Source of the DNA: Isurus oxyrinchus
Lineage: Eukaryota
Reading direction: 5' to 3'
Assembly (NCBI GenBank): GCA_026770705.1
Contig: JANJGN010000004.1
Span: forward strand, 87,916,001-87,980,000
DNA length: 64,000 nucleotides
The position numbers were made by a program, and so were the translations under genes. Below the pieces are notes generated by a model. That model worked only from the letters and a program-made list of their open reading frames with translations, was not told where the DNA came from and ran no database searches. Shown piece after piece: positions 35,690-49,295 of the stretch (position 1 is the first letter of the stretch; every line of letters begins with the position of its first letter).

Positions 35690-37020
35690 ACGTCTGGCAA
35701 TGAGTTCCTCCTGCTCAGAATTGCCCCTGGCTACATGTCCATTCCAGCCAGCTGCTTTCTGCCATGGCAACCTTATCACTCTCCTCTAGTTCAAATTCAT
35801 CCCAGAATGGACAGGGGCTTCCTCCTCCTCCTTGTCGCCCTCCACCTCATCATCATCCTCCTCTTCAGAGGTTGGAGCTCTGGCCATGGCATTGTTGTCT
35901 TCGAGTTATAGGTCCCTCTACTGTTCCATGTTTTCCAATGTGCAAAATACCGCCAATATTCTGGATGCTCTTGCTGGGGCATACTGCAGAGCTTCACTTG
36001 ACCATGTCGAGATACCTGGTGCATTTTTAGAATGCCAATGGCCTGCTCGACTGTAATCCTTGTGATGACATAGCTGCTGTTGTAGTTGTGCTCACCCCCA
36101 GTTTAAGTGTTCGTAAAAGGCGTCATTAGCCAAGGTCTTAAGGGGTAGCCTTTGACCCCTAGAAACCATCCACATATCTGTGAAGGTGGATGAAATAGCT
36201 GAGGGGGTTGGGAACTCCTTAGTCAGAGTCATGGCAGCTACCAGGGAACCTTGCACAGACTTGAAGGAAAACATTGTTGTGGTTACAAATGACCTGGACA
36301 TTGAGGAAATGGGAGGAGTTTCAGTTGACAGAGGTGTCCGAATGCTGGTGTGGGACCTTCAAGGTGACACGGATGCAATCAATAACACCCTGACCTAAGG
36401 GAAGCCTGCTAATTGGGCAAAGGATGTGGCTCTCTGTGCCTGAGATGCCAAATCTACAGGGAAATTAGTGTGCTGTCCCACACAATCAAACAGGGCATCT
36501 GTTCATATTTTATTGCAGCTGTGTGCTGATGACTGGGATAATCCAGACAAGTCTCATGCTGAGTACTAAAAAGAACCTGAGGCATAAAAATTGAAAGTGG
36601 CAGTTACTGCTACAGCCACTGGCAAGGCATCGATGAAACAGAGTGTGGTTTGAGATGTTGCTGGACCATGCGTCATATGTTCCTGACCACTTCACGGCTT
36701 AACCTCAGGATCCTTCGGCACTGGCCCACCGTCATACTGAGGTATGACCTCCAATATCTGTACACCTCTCCCAAATGGTTGTCCTGTCTCTCCGCCTCCT
36801 CCTTCTTGGTGCATTTGCTGCTACCTCTATCTCCTGACCTGGTGTTCTCTCTCTGGCCGCCAGCTCGTCATGTTGACTTGCTTCCACAGCACCTATGTGC
36901 GAGGATGTCATGCCCACCTTGTCTGTTCCTTGGCACAATGCACAATGTGACCTTCTCAAGCACAAGTATTCTTCCTGCCACCTGGGTGTCCAAGTCTGTA
37001 GGGGCAAAAAAATTGCCTGA
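35690..37020 (-). pseudogene. Harbinger (HARBI1-like) DDE transposase, decayed
   Basis: Minus-strand DALPVAVAVT (~36600-36632) and QGVIDCIRVT (~36363-36393), with an acidic C-terminal stretch (~35820-35865). Confidence 0.7.
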
Positions 37021-37560
37021 CTGAGTCCAGCAGCCCTACCCTCCTACTCCCTTGGGTTAAAGGCAGAGACTTGAGAATGAATATTTACAACTTCTGTGGC
37101 ACTTAATACAACTTTTAAGCAATTGTTGAAGGGGTTGCTGTACCTCTCCAAAAGGATACCCTAGCTATCTACACAAATCTGCAAAGTTCAGACCTGCTCC
37201 TACGAGATGTTGTTTCATACTCCTAGTGCACCAAAATTGGACATGATTGGAGGCAACTGCTGATTTATATGGGCAGCTGCATCCATGAAACCCTCATGTA
37301 CGAATCACACCCCACCACATTTCCTTCTGTGTGAAAATGCTGGGGGCAGTGTTTGCAGGTTGCAGGTGGGACTTCTGGATTTTGGCCTCCTCTGCCATTT
37401 TAACAATGATGGGGAGGGTCTCATCATTGTGAAAATTCAGGCCTGAATTTGAAGGTCGCATCGCAAGTGCAACATAGCACAGACAAGGGGCCGGCACCTG
37501 GAATTCATTCAGGTTTTGGGCTCCTGACCCCACATGGAAAACCTGGCCTGGGTCTCGGAG

Positions 37561-40500
37561 CTTTATATTTGGAAAAATATAATTTATTCATAAAATATCT
37601 GAAAGCATATTACAAAACATTTCAAAATGGCCATCACAAAAAATGCAATCATATTCAACTTTTCCACATAGATCATGAGGTGCTTCAATACAATCAATGA
37701 ACATTACAGATATTTCAATATGGTCATTACAGACAGTCAGACAGTGCAATGGTATTCAGGTTTTCGACATAGATCATGTTGCACTCTGACGTTCTTCAAT
37801 ACAATTGTGATACATTTAGTATTCACTGCATACATTTAATGTGAGTCATACATCCCAAGGGGTTGATACCCCTCAGTGCACTATGGCAGAAAGGTCTTAG
37901 ACAGTGACCTTTCCCCGTTAAGCCTTTGCAGGGTTGCCCCAAGCTTTAGTGAGTCCCTCAGCACTTAGCCCTGGACCTTGGAATGTGCCAGTCTGCAACA
38001 CTCGGTTGAGGACAACACTTTGCACTGGAAGACCAACAAGTTTCGGGCAGACTAAAGAGTGTCTTTCACTGAGTTGATCCTCCAGCAGCAGCAGTTGGTG
38101 TTTGTTTCAGTGTGTGTCCCTGGGAATAGTCCATGGAGCATAGAGTCTTGTATCAGGCAGCTGCTTGGGATGAACCTCGACACACACTGCTGCATCTCTC
38201 TCCAGGCCTTCTTTGGAAAGGAACATTTCACAAGGAGGTGAAAAATGGTCTCTTCCCCACCCCAGCCACCTTGAGGGCAACATACGGAGGGGGTGAAACT
38301 CCTGGTATATAGGAAAGACCTGACGGGGAGGCCCTTTTCACCACCAGCCAAGCTACATCTTGGTGCTTGTGGGAAAGTTCTGGTGATGAGGCATTCTGCC
38401 AAATGATTTTGAAAGTCTGCTTGGGGAACCATCTGAAAGGATCCACCATCTCCTTTTCCCGCAGGGCCTCTAGGATGTTACGTGCTGACCGCTGCCTGAT
38501 GGACTTCTGGTCAAAGGTGCTTCTCTGCATAAATATTTCCATGAGGGACAGGTGGTACAGCACGGTCTGACTACTTGGAACATTCCGCAGCTGCGTGGCC
38601 AGACCCATCCTTTGCAACACCGGGGACAGGTAGAACCTCAGCACGTGGTAACACTTGGTGTTTGTGTACTGAGGGTCTACTCACAGCTTGATGCAGCCCA
38701 CAAAAAGGTGGCCATCAGTATGAAGGCGATGTTGGGCACATTTTTTCCCCTTTACCTAGAGGCTTGTACATCATTTCCCTGTGAACACTGTCCATTTTCA
38801 ACCTCCAAATAAAATGAAAGATAGCTCGAGTGATCGCCACTGTGCAGGAGTGAGGAATGGGCCAGACCTGCGCCACGTAGAGCAACAGCGAGAGTGTCTC
38901 ACACTTGATGACCAAGTTCTTACCCGCAATGGAGAGGGAGCATCGTTTCCACATGTCCAGTTTTCTTTTCACTATATCGCTCCTTCCAGTTTATAATGCA
39001 TGCCCTGGTCTCTCTGAACCATATTCCCAGCACCTTCAGGCTGTTTGACCTGACGGTGAAGGGGAGAAAGGATCAGTCAGTCCAGTTCCCAAAGAACATG
39101 GCCTTGCTCTTGCCACAATTTACCTTGGCTCCCGAGGCCAGTTCGAACTGGTCACAAATGTTGATCAGTCTGCGCACTGACAGCGGATCTGAGCAGAAGA
39201 CAGTGGCATCATCCATGTACAGGGAGGCTTTAACCTGAGTGTCTCCATTGCCTGGGATTGTCAGTCCTCTTATGCCCGGATCCTTCCTGATAGACTCAGC
39301 AAAGGGTTCTATGCAACACACAAACAGGACAGGGGAGAGAGGGCAGCCCTGCCTGACTTCAGATTTAATTGGAAAGCTTTCTGATTCCCACCCATTGATT
39401 GAAACTGCACTAAAGGTGTTAGTATAGAGCAGTTGGATCCAGTTGCGGATTCCCTCCTCAAACTCCATTTTGGAGAGCACATCCACCATGTAGGTGTGCG
39501 ATACTCTGTCAAAGACCTTCTCCTGGCCCAGGTTGATAAGGCAGGTGTCCCGCACAAAGGCAATCGTATCCCTGAGTAGCGTGAAACCATCAGAGATCAT
39601 CCTGCCAGGTACAGCGCAGGCCTGGTCAGGGTGGGTCACCAACTCCAGAACAGATCTGACCCAATTGGTGATGACCTTGGACAGAATCTTATTGTCCACA
39701 TTCAACAGTGAGATGCGTCACCAATTTCTAATTTCCTCCCCTTCCCCCTTCCACTTGTAGATGAGGGTGATGATGCCTTTCTTCATGGATTCTGACATGC
39801 TGCTGGCCAGAAGCATACTCTCATACACTTCTAGCAGGTCTGGGCCGATCCAGTCCCACAGAGCCGAATACAGCCCAGCCAATAAGCTGTCACTTCCAGG
39901 AGTTTTACTCTTCTCGATGGACTCAAGGGCCTTAGTCAATACGACAGGAGTTGGTGATTTGTCCAGACTCTCCTGAGTACTGTCGTGATAGAGGACAGGA
40001 AGGACTGGGAGGCCGCGCTGTCTGTGGGTTTCACATCACACAATCCGGCATAAAAGGATTTGCTGATCCCCAAAATGTTGGACTACAATGACTTTACTGA
40101 GCCATCTTCTTCCTTAAGACTGTTGATCACAGAGTTCTCTCTGTGTACCTTTTGGAAGAAGAAACATAAGTACGTCTTATTCTGCTCCACGGAGCAGGAC
40201 TCTGGCCAGAAGTTGATCTTGGAGGCCTCTGAGGCAAAGAGTGAGGCTTGTTGGCTCTCCACTTCTTGGAATTCCTCCTTGACATCGAACCCCATTGACT
40301 GCAGCCGGAGAAGGTTCTGCATGTTTTTCTGGAGTCAAGACATTTCCCTCTGTTCCTTTCTAGCTTTCTGGACACCTTTGAAGATGAAAAACTTCTTGAT
40401 GTTCCCCTTGATTGCTTCCCTCCAGTGTGGGTCAGGGACTCAAAGAGGGGTCTCACAGTTCTCCAACCTTTGTAATCCCTCCTGAGTTCCTGAATGTTCT

Positions 40501-41100
40501 CTGGGGTCAACAGTTGCACATTCCGCTGCCATGTCCCCCTGCCAACCCTCTGATCTTCCTGTAAGTGACAATCAGCCAATAGAAGGCAGTAGTCAGATAA
40601 AAACACCAGCTTGACGTTGGTGGATCTGACTGTGAAAGCATGGGACACAAACAGGAAGTCTATTCTGGAATGGCTGGACCCATCTGGCCGTGACCGGGTG
40701 TATCTACGCCTGTGCTCCATCTGCAGGGTTGCTGAAGATGTTGTGCAGCTTAGCATCCTTTACTGTTTCCATCAATCTGGAACATGGTGTCCAGTCTGCT
40801 GTTGGCCCTGCCGGATCGTCCAGTCGCATCAATGATGCAATTGAAGTCACCGTCCAGAATGACCGGCCTCGAAGTCGCCAGCAGCAATGGGCACTGCTGA
40901 ATGATTGCTAGCCACTCGCTGTTTTGAGCTGGGGCATACACATTAATTAACCAGAGTGGAGCATTCTTGTACAATACGTCTGCTATGAGGAGGTGCCCAC
41001 CCACCACCTCCTTAACCTTGGGGATGATGAAGTTGCCTCCCCGCAGCAGAATACCCAGGCCATAGGAACGTGAATCAGCGTGGGTCTTGGAACAGCTTTT
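37561..41100 (-). mobile_element. Older, distinct Tx1/L1-group LINE (ORF2 plus 3' UTR), decayed
   Basis: LINVYAP, ILDGDFNCII, SRIDFLF, KTPGSD, QEKVFDRVSH, VRQGCPLSP and LYMDD in ORFs 40750-41160, 40127-40756, 39718-39939 and 39073-39705; AT-rich 3' UTR with AATAAA. Confidence 0.88.
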
Positions 41101-41513
41101 GCAAGGGATTCCTAAAACTCTATTATGGTTCTGCAGTTTCCATTCCAATGCTGGCTTCATGGTGTCCGAATCATGTCTGTATCAAGGTGATAATATCATC
41201 AATCTGACAAGTGCATCAAATTCCAAGCAATGGGAGGACTTTTTAAATTTCATTTTCAAACTTTATATTTGTTATTTGTGGGAGGGACTATGGTAGGGAA
41301 TGCAAAAGCTTCTTTGATTAGGTTAACAATGATCTGACTATCCTATCGACACTTCATTAATATTAAGAATGTTAAGGGTGTTGGATTTCATCATCCAAAT
41401 ATAAACTTGACTTTAATTTATTTGCCATTCATTTAAAGTTCTGGTTTTATTTTTAAAACGTCAGCAAACATGTCTATGGAGTTATTCAAGAGCTGGCAAG
41501 TGCTTCACTCACT

Positions 41514-41630
41514 GGGAAGAAGTTTACGGTCCCGTCTTGGTGGGGACGGGGCCATAAAATGCGGCGAGACACTCTAAACGTCATTGGCTTCGGCAGGAAT
41601 GTAAAATCCTGCTGTCATAAAATTTCGTCC
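41514..41630. mobile_element. Small MITE with Harbinger-like termini
   Basis: Imperfect inverted termini GGGAAGAAGTTTACG and CATAAAATTTCGTCC, flanked by ACT on both sides. Confidence 0.4.
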
Positions 41631-42424
41631 ACTGTGTTTTTTGGATATGACTATGAAGAGTTTAACCAGGTATCTATGTAAACAGCCAAGGTGTTGACTG
41701 GCACTGTGTCTGTGCAGAGATTAATGGAGAACCAAAAGCACTGCCTGCATTACAGCAAATATATTTAAAAAAACAGCAAATAGCTATTTATATCAAACCA
41801 ATCTGCTTCTAGATAGTTACTTCTAATTGAACTTTCATACTGATGTCATAAAAACTTTATCCTAATACCATAACTGGCTTATGCACAAAGAGGCACACAC
41901 AGGTAGCACACATGTTGATCATGTACAGAAAAAGGAGATCTGCACATGTTGGAAGGAATGAAAATGCAAACTATAATTATAGACTAGGAAAGATAATTTA
42001 GTAGAGGTGGAACTACTTATGGAGACATATCAAATAAGGAACAGAGGGGAAAGAGACAAATCAGACAGTAAGTAAGATGAGATCAAAAAGAGAATGCACT
42101 GAAAGAAAACTAACATTGGACAAAGATGGTAAAAGGAAAAAAGGTAATAAAAATGAAGAATATTGAGAGAAGAACAAAGAGCAGACAGTGCTAATAAAAT
42201 TACAGGTCACTATATTCATGCAGAATTGTCAACATGTTTAAACTTAGGAACAGACAAAACAAAGTCATTGCTTTGTCTATGAGGTCTCAGGAAATGATGC
42301 AATGGAAATTTTGAGTCTTCTTACAACTTTGCATTGTTTTCAAAGGCAGCACATTCTTTTCATCTTCCCTAGTTCCCTTAGCCTTCAATTAAATCTTAAC
42401 AGAAATTCTTAAATTTAGAAAAGA

Positions 42425-45400
42425 CCACCTGTCCTGAATTTCTCTCCATGGACACAGATAATCATTCCTCCATCTTACCCCATGAACACTGACAATCGCT
42501 CCTGTAGCTCACCCCATGGACAGTGACAATGAGTCTGGTATCTCACCCCATGGACAGTGACAATGAGTCTGGTATCTCACCCCAGGGACAGTGACAATCA
42601 TTCCAGTATCTTACCCAGACACACTGACAAATCACTCCTGTATCTCATCCCATGGTGATTGACAATGACTCCTGTACTTCACCTGATGGACTCTGATAAT
42701 CCCTGCTGAATCTCACCCCACAGGCACTGACAATCATTCCTGTATCTCACCACATGGACACTGACAATCACTTCTGTACCTCGCCACATGGGCACTGACA
42801 ATCACTCCTGTATCTCACCACATGGACACTGACAATCACTCCTGTATTTCTCTCCATGGTCACTGACAATCACTCCTGTATCTCACCACATGGACACTGA
42901 CAATCACTCCTGTATCTCACCACATGGACACTGACAATCACTCCTGTATTTCACCACATGGACACTGACAATCACTCCTGTATTTCACCACATGGACACT
43001 AACAATCACTCCTGTATCTCACCTCACAGACACTGACAATCACTCCTATATCTCACCACACTGACACTGACAATCATTCCTGTATTTTTCTCCATGGACA
43101 CTGACAGTCACTTCAATATCTCAACCCAAGGGCACTGACAATTATGCCTGTATCTCATACCACTGACGCTGAGAATCACTCCCGTAGTTCTCTCCAAGGA
43201 CACTGACAATCATGCCTGTAACTCACCCCATGAGCACTGACAATCGCTCCTGTATCTCATCACACGGCACTGACAATCACTCTTGTAATTATCTCCTTGC
43301 ACATTAACAATCACTCCTGCATCTTACCCCATGGACATTACCAATCACACATGTATCTCACCCTGCTTACACTGACCATCACACCTGTATCTCATCCTGT
43401 TTATACTGACAATCACTCCAGTATTTCTCCTCATGGGCACAGGCATCACTACAGTAATTCTTTCTATGGACACAGACAATTACTTCTGTGTCTCACCTGA
43501 TGGACACTGACAATCACTCCTGTATCTCATCCCATGGATACAGACAAGCACTCCTGTATCTCAACCCATGGACGCTGACAAACAATCCTGTTTCTTCCCA
43601 CCATGGACACAAATAATAACTCCGGTATCTCACCCAATGGACACTGATAATCACTCCTGCATTTCTCTCCATGGACATGACAGTCACTGCTGTATCTTAT
43701 CCCAGGGACATTCACAATCATTTCCATATATCCCTCCATGGACACTGACGATCACTACTGCATCTCAGGACATGGACACTAACAAACGCTCTTGTACTTC
43801 TCTCCTTATGACACTGACAATCACTCCTGTATTTTACCCAATAGACACTGAAAATCAGTCCAGTATTAACCCCATGGACACTGACAATGACTCCTGTATC
43901 GCATTCCTTGGACATTGACCATCACTCCTGTACATCAAGCAATGGACACTGATAATCACTCCTGTATCTTATCACATGGGCACTGACAAGCACTCCTATA
44001 TTGCTTTTCATGGACACTGACAATCACTCCTTTATCTTACCCCACAGGCACTCACAATCACTCCTGTATCTCACCTCACTGACATTGACAATCACTTCTG
44101 CATTTCTCTTAATGGAAATTGACAATTGCTCCTGGATACCACCCCCCCCCTCAATGGACACTGAAAATCATTCCTCTATGTCACCCCATGCCCACTAACA
44201 TTCACTCCTGCAATGCTCTCCATGGACACTGACAATCACTCCAGTAGCTCACCCCATCAACACTGAAAATCAGTCCTGTTTCTCACTCAATGGACAATGA
44301 CAATCACTCCTGTACCTCAATTCAAGGACACTCACTATCAGTCCTCTATCTCACCACATGGACACTGACAATCGCTCCTGCATTTCTCTCCATTGACACT
44401 GACAATTAGTCCTGTATCTCACCCCACAGACACAAACACTCAGTCCTGTATTCCTCTCCATGGACAGTGACAGTGATTCCTGTATATCACCTCACTGACA
44501 CTGACAATCACTTCTTTAGCTTGCCCCATGGACACCGATAATCACTCCTGTATCCCACCACACATACACTGACATTCACTCCTATACCTCACCCCACGGA
44601 CACAGATAATCACACCTGTATTCCTCTCCATGGACACTGACAATCACTCCTGTATTCCTCTCCACGGACACTGACAATCATTCCTGCATCTCACCCCATG
44701 GACAATGACAATCACTCCCGTACCACACTCCATGGGCACTGGCAATCAGTCCTGTATCTTACCCCACAAGCAGTGGAAATCACGCCTGTATCTCACCCCA
44801 CAGACCCTGACATCCACTCCTCTATCTCACCACATGGACACTGACAATTACTCCTCTATCTCAGCACATGGACAGTGAAGATCACTACCCTATGTCACCC
44901 CATGCCCACTAACATTCACTCCTGCAATACTCGCCATGGACACGGACAATCACTCCAGTAGCTCACCCCATGGATGCAGAAAATCACTCCTGTTTCTCGG
45001 CCTATTGGCACTGATAATCAATTATGCATCTCACCCAATTTTCACTGACAATCACTCGTGTATGACATCCCATGGACACTGACAATCACTCCTGAATCTC
45101 ACCCACTTCATTATTATTCCTGTATTTCTATCCATGGAGACTGACAATAACTGTTGTATCACATCCCATGGACACTGATAATCAATCCTGTATCTACTGA
45201 CAATCACTCCTGCTTCTAAGCCTATAAACACTGATAAAAATGCCATTACCTCATCCTACTGACACTGACAATCCCTCCTGAATCTCACCCAAGGACATTT
45301 ACAATATATCTTGTGTCTCAACCCATGCACATTGATAATCACTCCTTTATCTCTCCCCAAGGACATTGACAATTACTCCTGTACTTCATCCGATGGACAA

Positions 45401-48355
45401 TGACAATCACTCCAGTATCTCACCTCATGGACATTGACCATGACTCCTGTATCACATCCCATGGACATTGACAATCACTCCTGTATATCACGAGATAGAT
45501 ATTGATAATCACTCCTATATCTCACCATATGGACACTGACAATCTGTCCTGCATTTTTCTCCATGGACATTGACAATTACTCCTGTATCGCATTCCATGG
45601 ACACTGACAATCACACCTGTACCTCACCACATGGACACTGGCAATCGCTCCTGTATTTCACCACATGGACATTGCTAATTACTCCCGTATCTCATTCCAT
45701 GGACACAGACAATCACACCTATATCTCACTGAATGGACACTGACTATCACCTCAATATCTCAACCCATGCACACTGATAATCATTCCTGTAACTCAACCA
45801 ATGGACACTGACCATCATGCCTGTATCTCACCCAACAGGCACTGACAATAACTCCTGTAGCTCACTCCATGGAGTCCGAAAATCAATCCTGTACCTCACC
45901 CAATGAGCAATGAAAATCATGCCTGTATTTCTCTTCAGGGACACTGAGAATCGCTCCTGTAGCTCAGTCCATCGACATTGACAATCACTCTTGTACCTCA
46001 CCCCATGGACACTGACAATCACATCTGTACCTCACCCCATGAACATTGGCAATCACTCCAGTATTTCTCTCCATGTTCTCTGACAACCACTCCTGTATCT
46101 CACCCCATCGAGACTGACAATCATTCCTGCATCACACCCAAAGGACATTAACAAACACTCCTGTATTTCTCTCCATGGACACTGCTAATCACTCCTGCAT
46201 CTCCCCCAGTGAAACTGAAACTCACTATTGTATTTCTCTTCATGGATACTGACAATCCCTCCTCTATTTCCAACCATAAACCCAGATAACCACACCTGTT
46301 TTCACAACAAGGACATTGACAATCACTTCTGAATCTCACACCATGCACACATTCACTCCTGTATCTCACCACATGGACACTGATAATCACTCTTGTATCT
46401 GATTCCATGTACACTGACAATCACTCCAGTATCTCATCCCAAGTAAATTAATAATTACAACAATATCTCGCCCTATAGATACTGACAGTCACTCCTGCAT
46501 TTCTCTCCATGGACACTGACAATCAGTCCTTTATCTCACCCTGCGGATACTGACAATTATTCCTGTATTTTTCTCCATGGAGACTGACAATCTCTCCTCT
46601 ATCACATCTCATGGACACTGACAATTAACCTTGTATCTCACCACATGGACACTGACAGTCACTCCTGTATCTCATCCAATCGAGACTGACAATCACTCCT
46701 CTATCCCACCCCATGGACACTGATAATCACTCACATATCTTACCCCACGGACACTGACTATCACTCCCATGACCCACCCCACAGACACTGACTATCACTC
46801 CCATGGCCCACCCCATCGAGACTGACAATCACTCCTCTATCTCACCCTATGGACAATGACAATGACTTCTGTATCTCACCCCATTTACACTGACAATCAC
46901 TCCTGTTTCACACACCATGGTCACTGACAATCACTCTTGTATCTTACCCCACGGACACTGACAATCACTCCTGTATTTCTCTCCATGGACACTGACAATG
47001 ACTCCTGTATCACATCCAATGGACAATGACAGTCACTCCTGTGCATCACGAAATGTAACCTGATAATCACTTCTGTATTTCACCCCATAGGCACTGACAG
47101 TCACTCCTGCATTTCTCTCTATGGACACTGACAATCAGTCCTTTATCTCACCCTGCGGATACTGACAATTACTCCTGTATTTTTTTCCATGGAGACTGAC
47201 AATCTCTCCTCTATCACATCTAATGGACACTGACAATCGCTCTTGTATCTCACCACATGGACATTGACAGTCACTCCTGTATCTCACTCAATCGAGACTG
47301 ACAATCACTTCTGTATCTCACCCCATTTACACTGACAATCACTCCTGTCTCACACACCATGTTCACTGACAATCACTCTTGCATCTTATCCCACAGACAA
47401 TGACAATCACTTCTGTATCTCAACACACGGACACTGATGGTCACTCCTGTATCTCACCCCATCAAGACTGACAACCACTCCTGTCTGACAAACCATGGTC
47501 ACTGACAATCACTCCTGTAGCTCTCCCTATGGACACTGACATTAATTCCGGTATCTCACCCCACAGACAGTGACAATCACTCTTGTGTTTCATCCCATGG
47601 ACACGGGACTCACTCTTGTATTTCATCCCATGGACGCGGGAATCACTTCTGTATTTCTCTCCATTGACAGTGGCAATAATGTCTGTATCTCACCCCATCA
47701 AGACTGACAATGGCTCCTCTATCCCACCCATGGACACTGATAATCACTGCCATATCTCACCCTATGGACACTAATAGGAGCTCCTTTATCTAATGTCCAT
47801 ACACTGACAGTCACTACTGTGTCTTCCACTATGGTCCCTGACAATAAATCCATTATCACGCCCCATGGACACTGACAATCACTCCTTTATCTAACCCCGT
47901 ACACTGACAATTACTCCTGTATTTCTCTCCGTGGGCACTAACAATCACTCTTCTATGTAAGCCAAAGTGCACTGACAATCATTCCTGTATCTCACGACAT
48001 GCACACTGAAACTCACTCCTGTATTTCTCTCCAGTGACACAGACAATCACTCCTGTATGCTAGCCCACAGGTACATACAATCATTCCTGTTTTTCTCTCC
48101 AATGTCACTGGCAATCACTCTCGAATCACACCCCATGGAAAATGACAATCACTCCTGTATCTAGTCCCATGGGCAGTGATAATCACACCTGCATCTCACT
48201 CAATGGACACTGAAAATCACTTCTGTATTTCTCTCCAACAACACAAGACAATCACTCCTGTATCTTACCGCACAGGAACTGATAATCACTCCTGTATCTC
48301 ACCCCTTCGAGGCTGACAATCATTCCTGTATCTCACCACACAGACACTGACAAGG
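42425..48355. repeat. 34-bp minisatellite/satellite array, roughly 170 diverged copies
   Basis: Consensus CATGGACACTGACAATCACTCCTGTATCTCACC(C/A); recurring variant ...TATTTCTCTC. Confidence 0.97.
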
Positions 48356-48394
48356 GCTCATTGTATTGGCATTGGAACGTTCACTCAAGAGTGC

Positions 48395-48700
48395 AACAAG
48401 AACTAGAAGGCACCGATTCAAAATAATGGGCAAAAGGAATAGAGAGATGAGAGGTAATTTTTTTTACCAGAGGGTGGTTGGAGTCTGGAATGAACTCCTG
48501 AAAGGGTGGTGGTGGCAGGTTCGATCAAGATATTCAAAAGGGAATTGGATTGCTACCAGAAAAGAAATAATGTGCAAGTTTATGGGGATAAGGCAAGGGA
48601 GTGGGATTAATTAGAATGCTCTTTCAGTGAGCCAGTTCAGACTTGATGGATCAAATAGCTTCCTTCTGCACTGTAACGACTCTGTGATCCTGTGAAATGC
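48395..48700 (+). mobile_element. CR1 3'-end fragment
   Basis: RTRRHRFKI..MRGNFFYQRVVGVWNEL, the typical CR1 ORF2 C-terminus, followed by the 3' UTR. Confidence 0.8.
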
Positions 48701-48949
48701 TTTGCCATTTGGACCATATAACTATAAAAGCATAATTAGCATATATATTGCTTCAATGCTGCAGATTGATTTACAATATTGATTACTCCCTGAACATCCC
48801 TCCAATTTAATGAGCTATTATATTTTATTTATGTAAAGAGAAATTGACTATGTAGTGACAGTCATACTTGTGCTGTTGTGTTGGTACAAATCATACAAAC
48901 ACTTGTGCTATGCAGGGTGTTTGTTTACCAAAGCAACTGCTGTACTTGG

Positions 48950-49295
48950 AAATCAGTTGCGGAAAGAGGACAGCTGAAACACTTTAGGGATGTCCTTAAA
49001 GTATCACTGAAAAGATCAAACATCCTCACTGACCCATGGGAGACTCTAGCTTGTGATCTACAAAAATGAAGAAGGTTCATTTGGGAAGGCACCAAACACA
49101 CAGAGAGACTTCATCGGAAGCACACAGAGAGTGCAAAAATTTCTAAACAAATTATCTTCCTCACCCTCCAAGTACCACCTGCTGTGTGGCAGAGGCTTTA
49201 GATCATGCATTGGGTTTATCAGCCATCTCAGAACCCATCAATGGGAGTGGAAGCAAGTTGTCCTTGATCTCAAGGAACTGCTTATGAAGAAGAAG
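48950..49295 (+). mobile_element. RTE-clade LINE 3'-end fragment
   Basis: GQLKHFRDVLKVSLK..WETLACD, then CGRGFRSCIGFISHLRTH, then a (GAA)n-like tail. Confidence 0.75.

Larger units (their letters stand above)
31829..37443. mobile_element. Full-span decayed Harbinger transposon with terminal inverted repeats and a 3-bp TSD
   Basis: Termini AGCCTGAATTTTC and GAAAATTCAGGCC, flanked by TGA at 31826-31828 and 37444-37446. Convergent Myb-like and transposase genes lie inside. Confidence 0.8.

Noticed and set aside
43297-47774. Short ORFs within the 34-bp array
   Set aside because: The unit length is not a multiple of 3 and the frames are stop-ridden; these are repeat artefacts.
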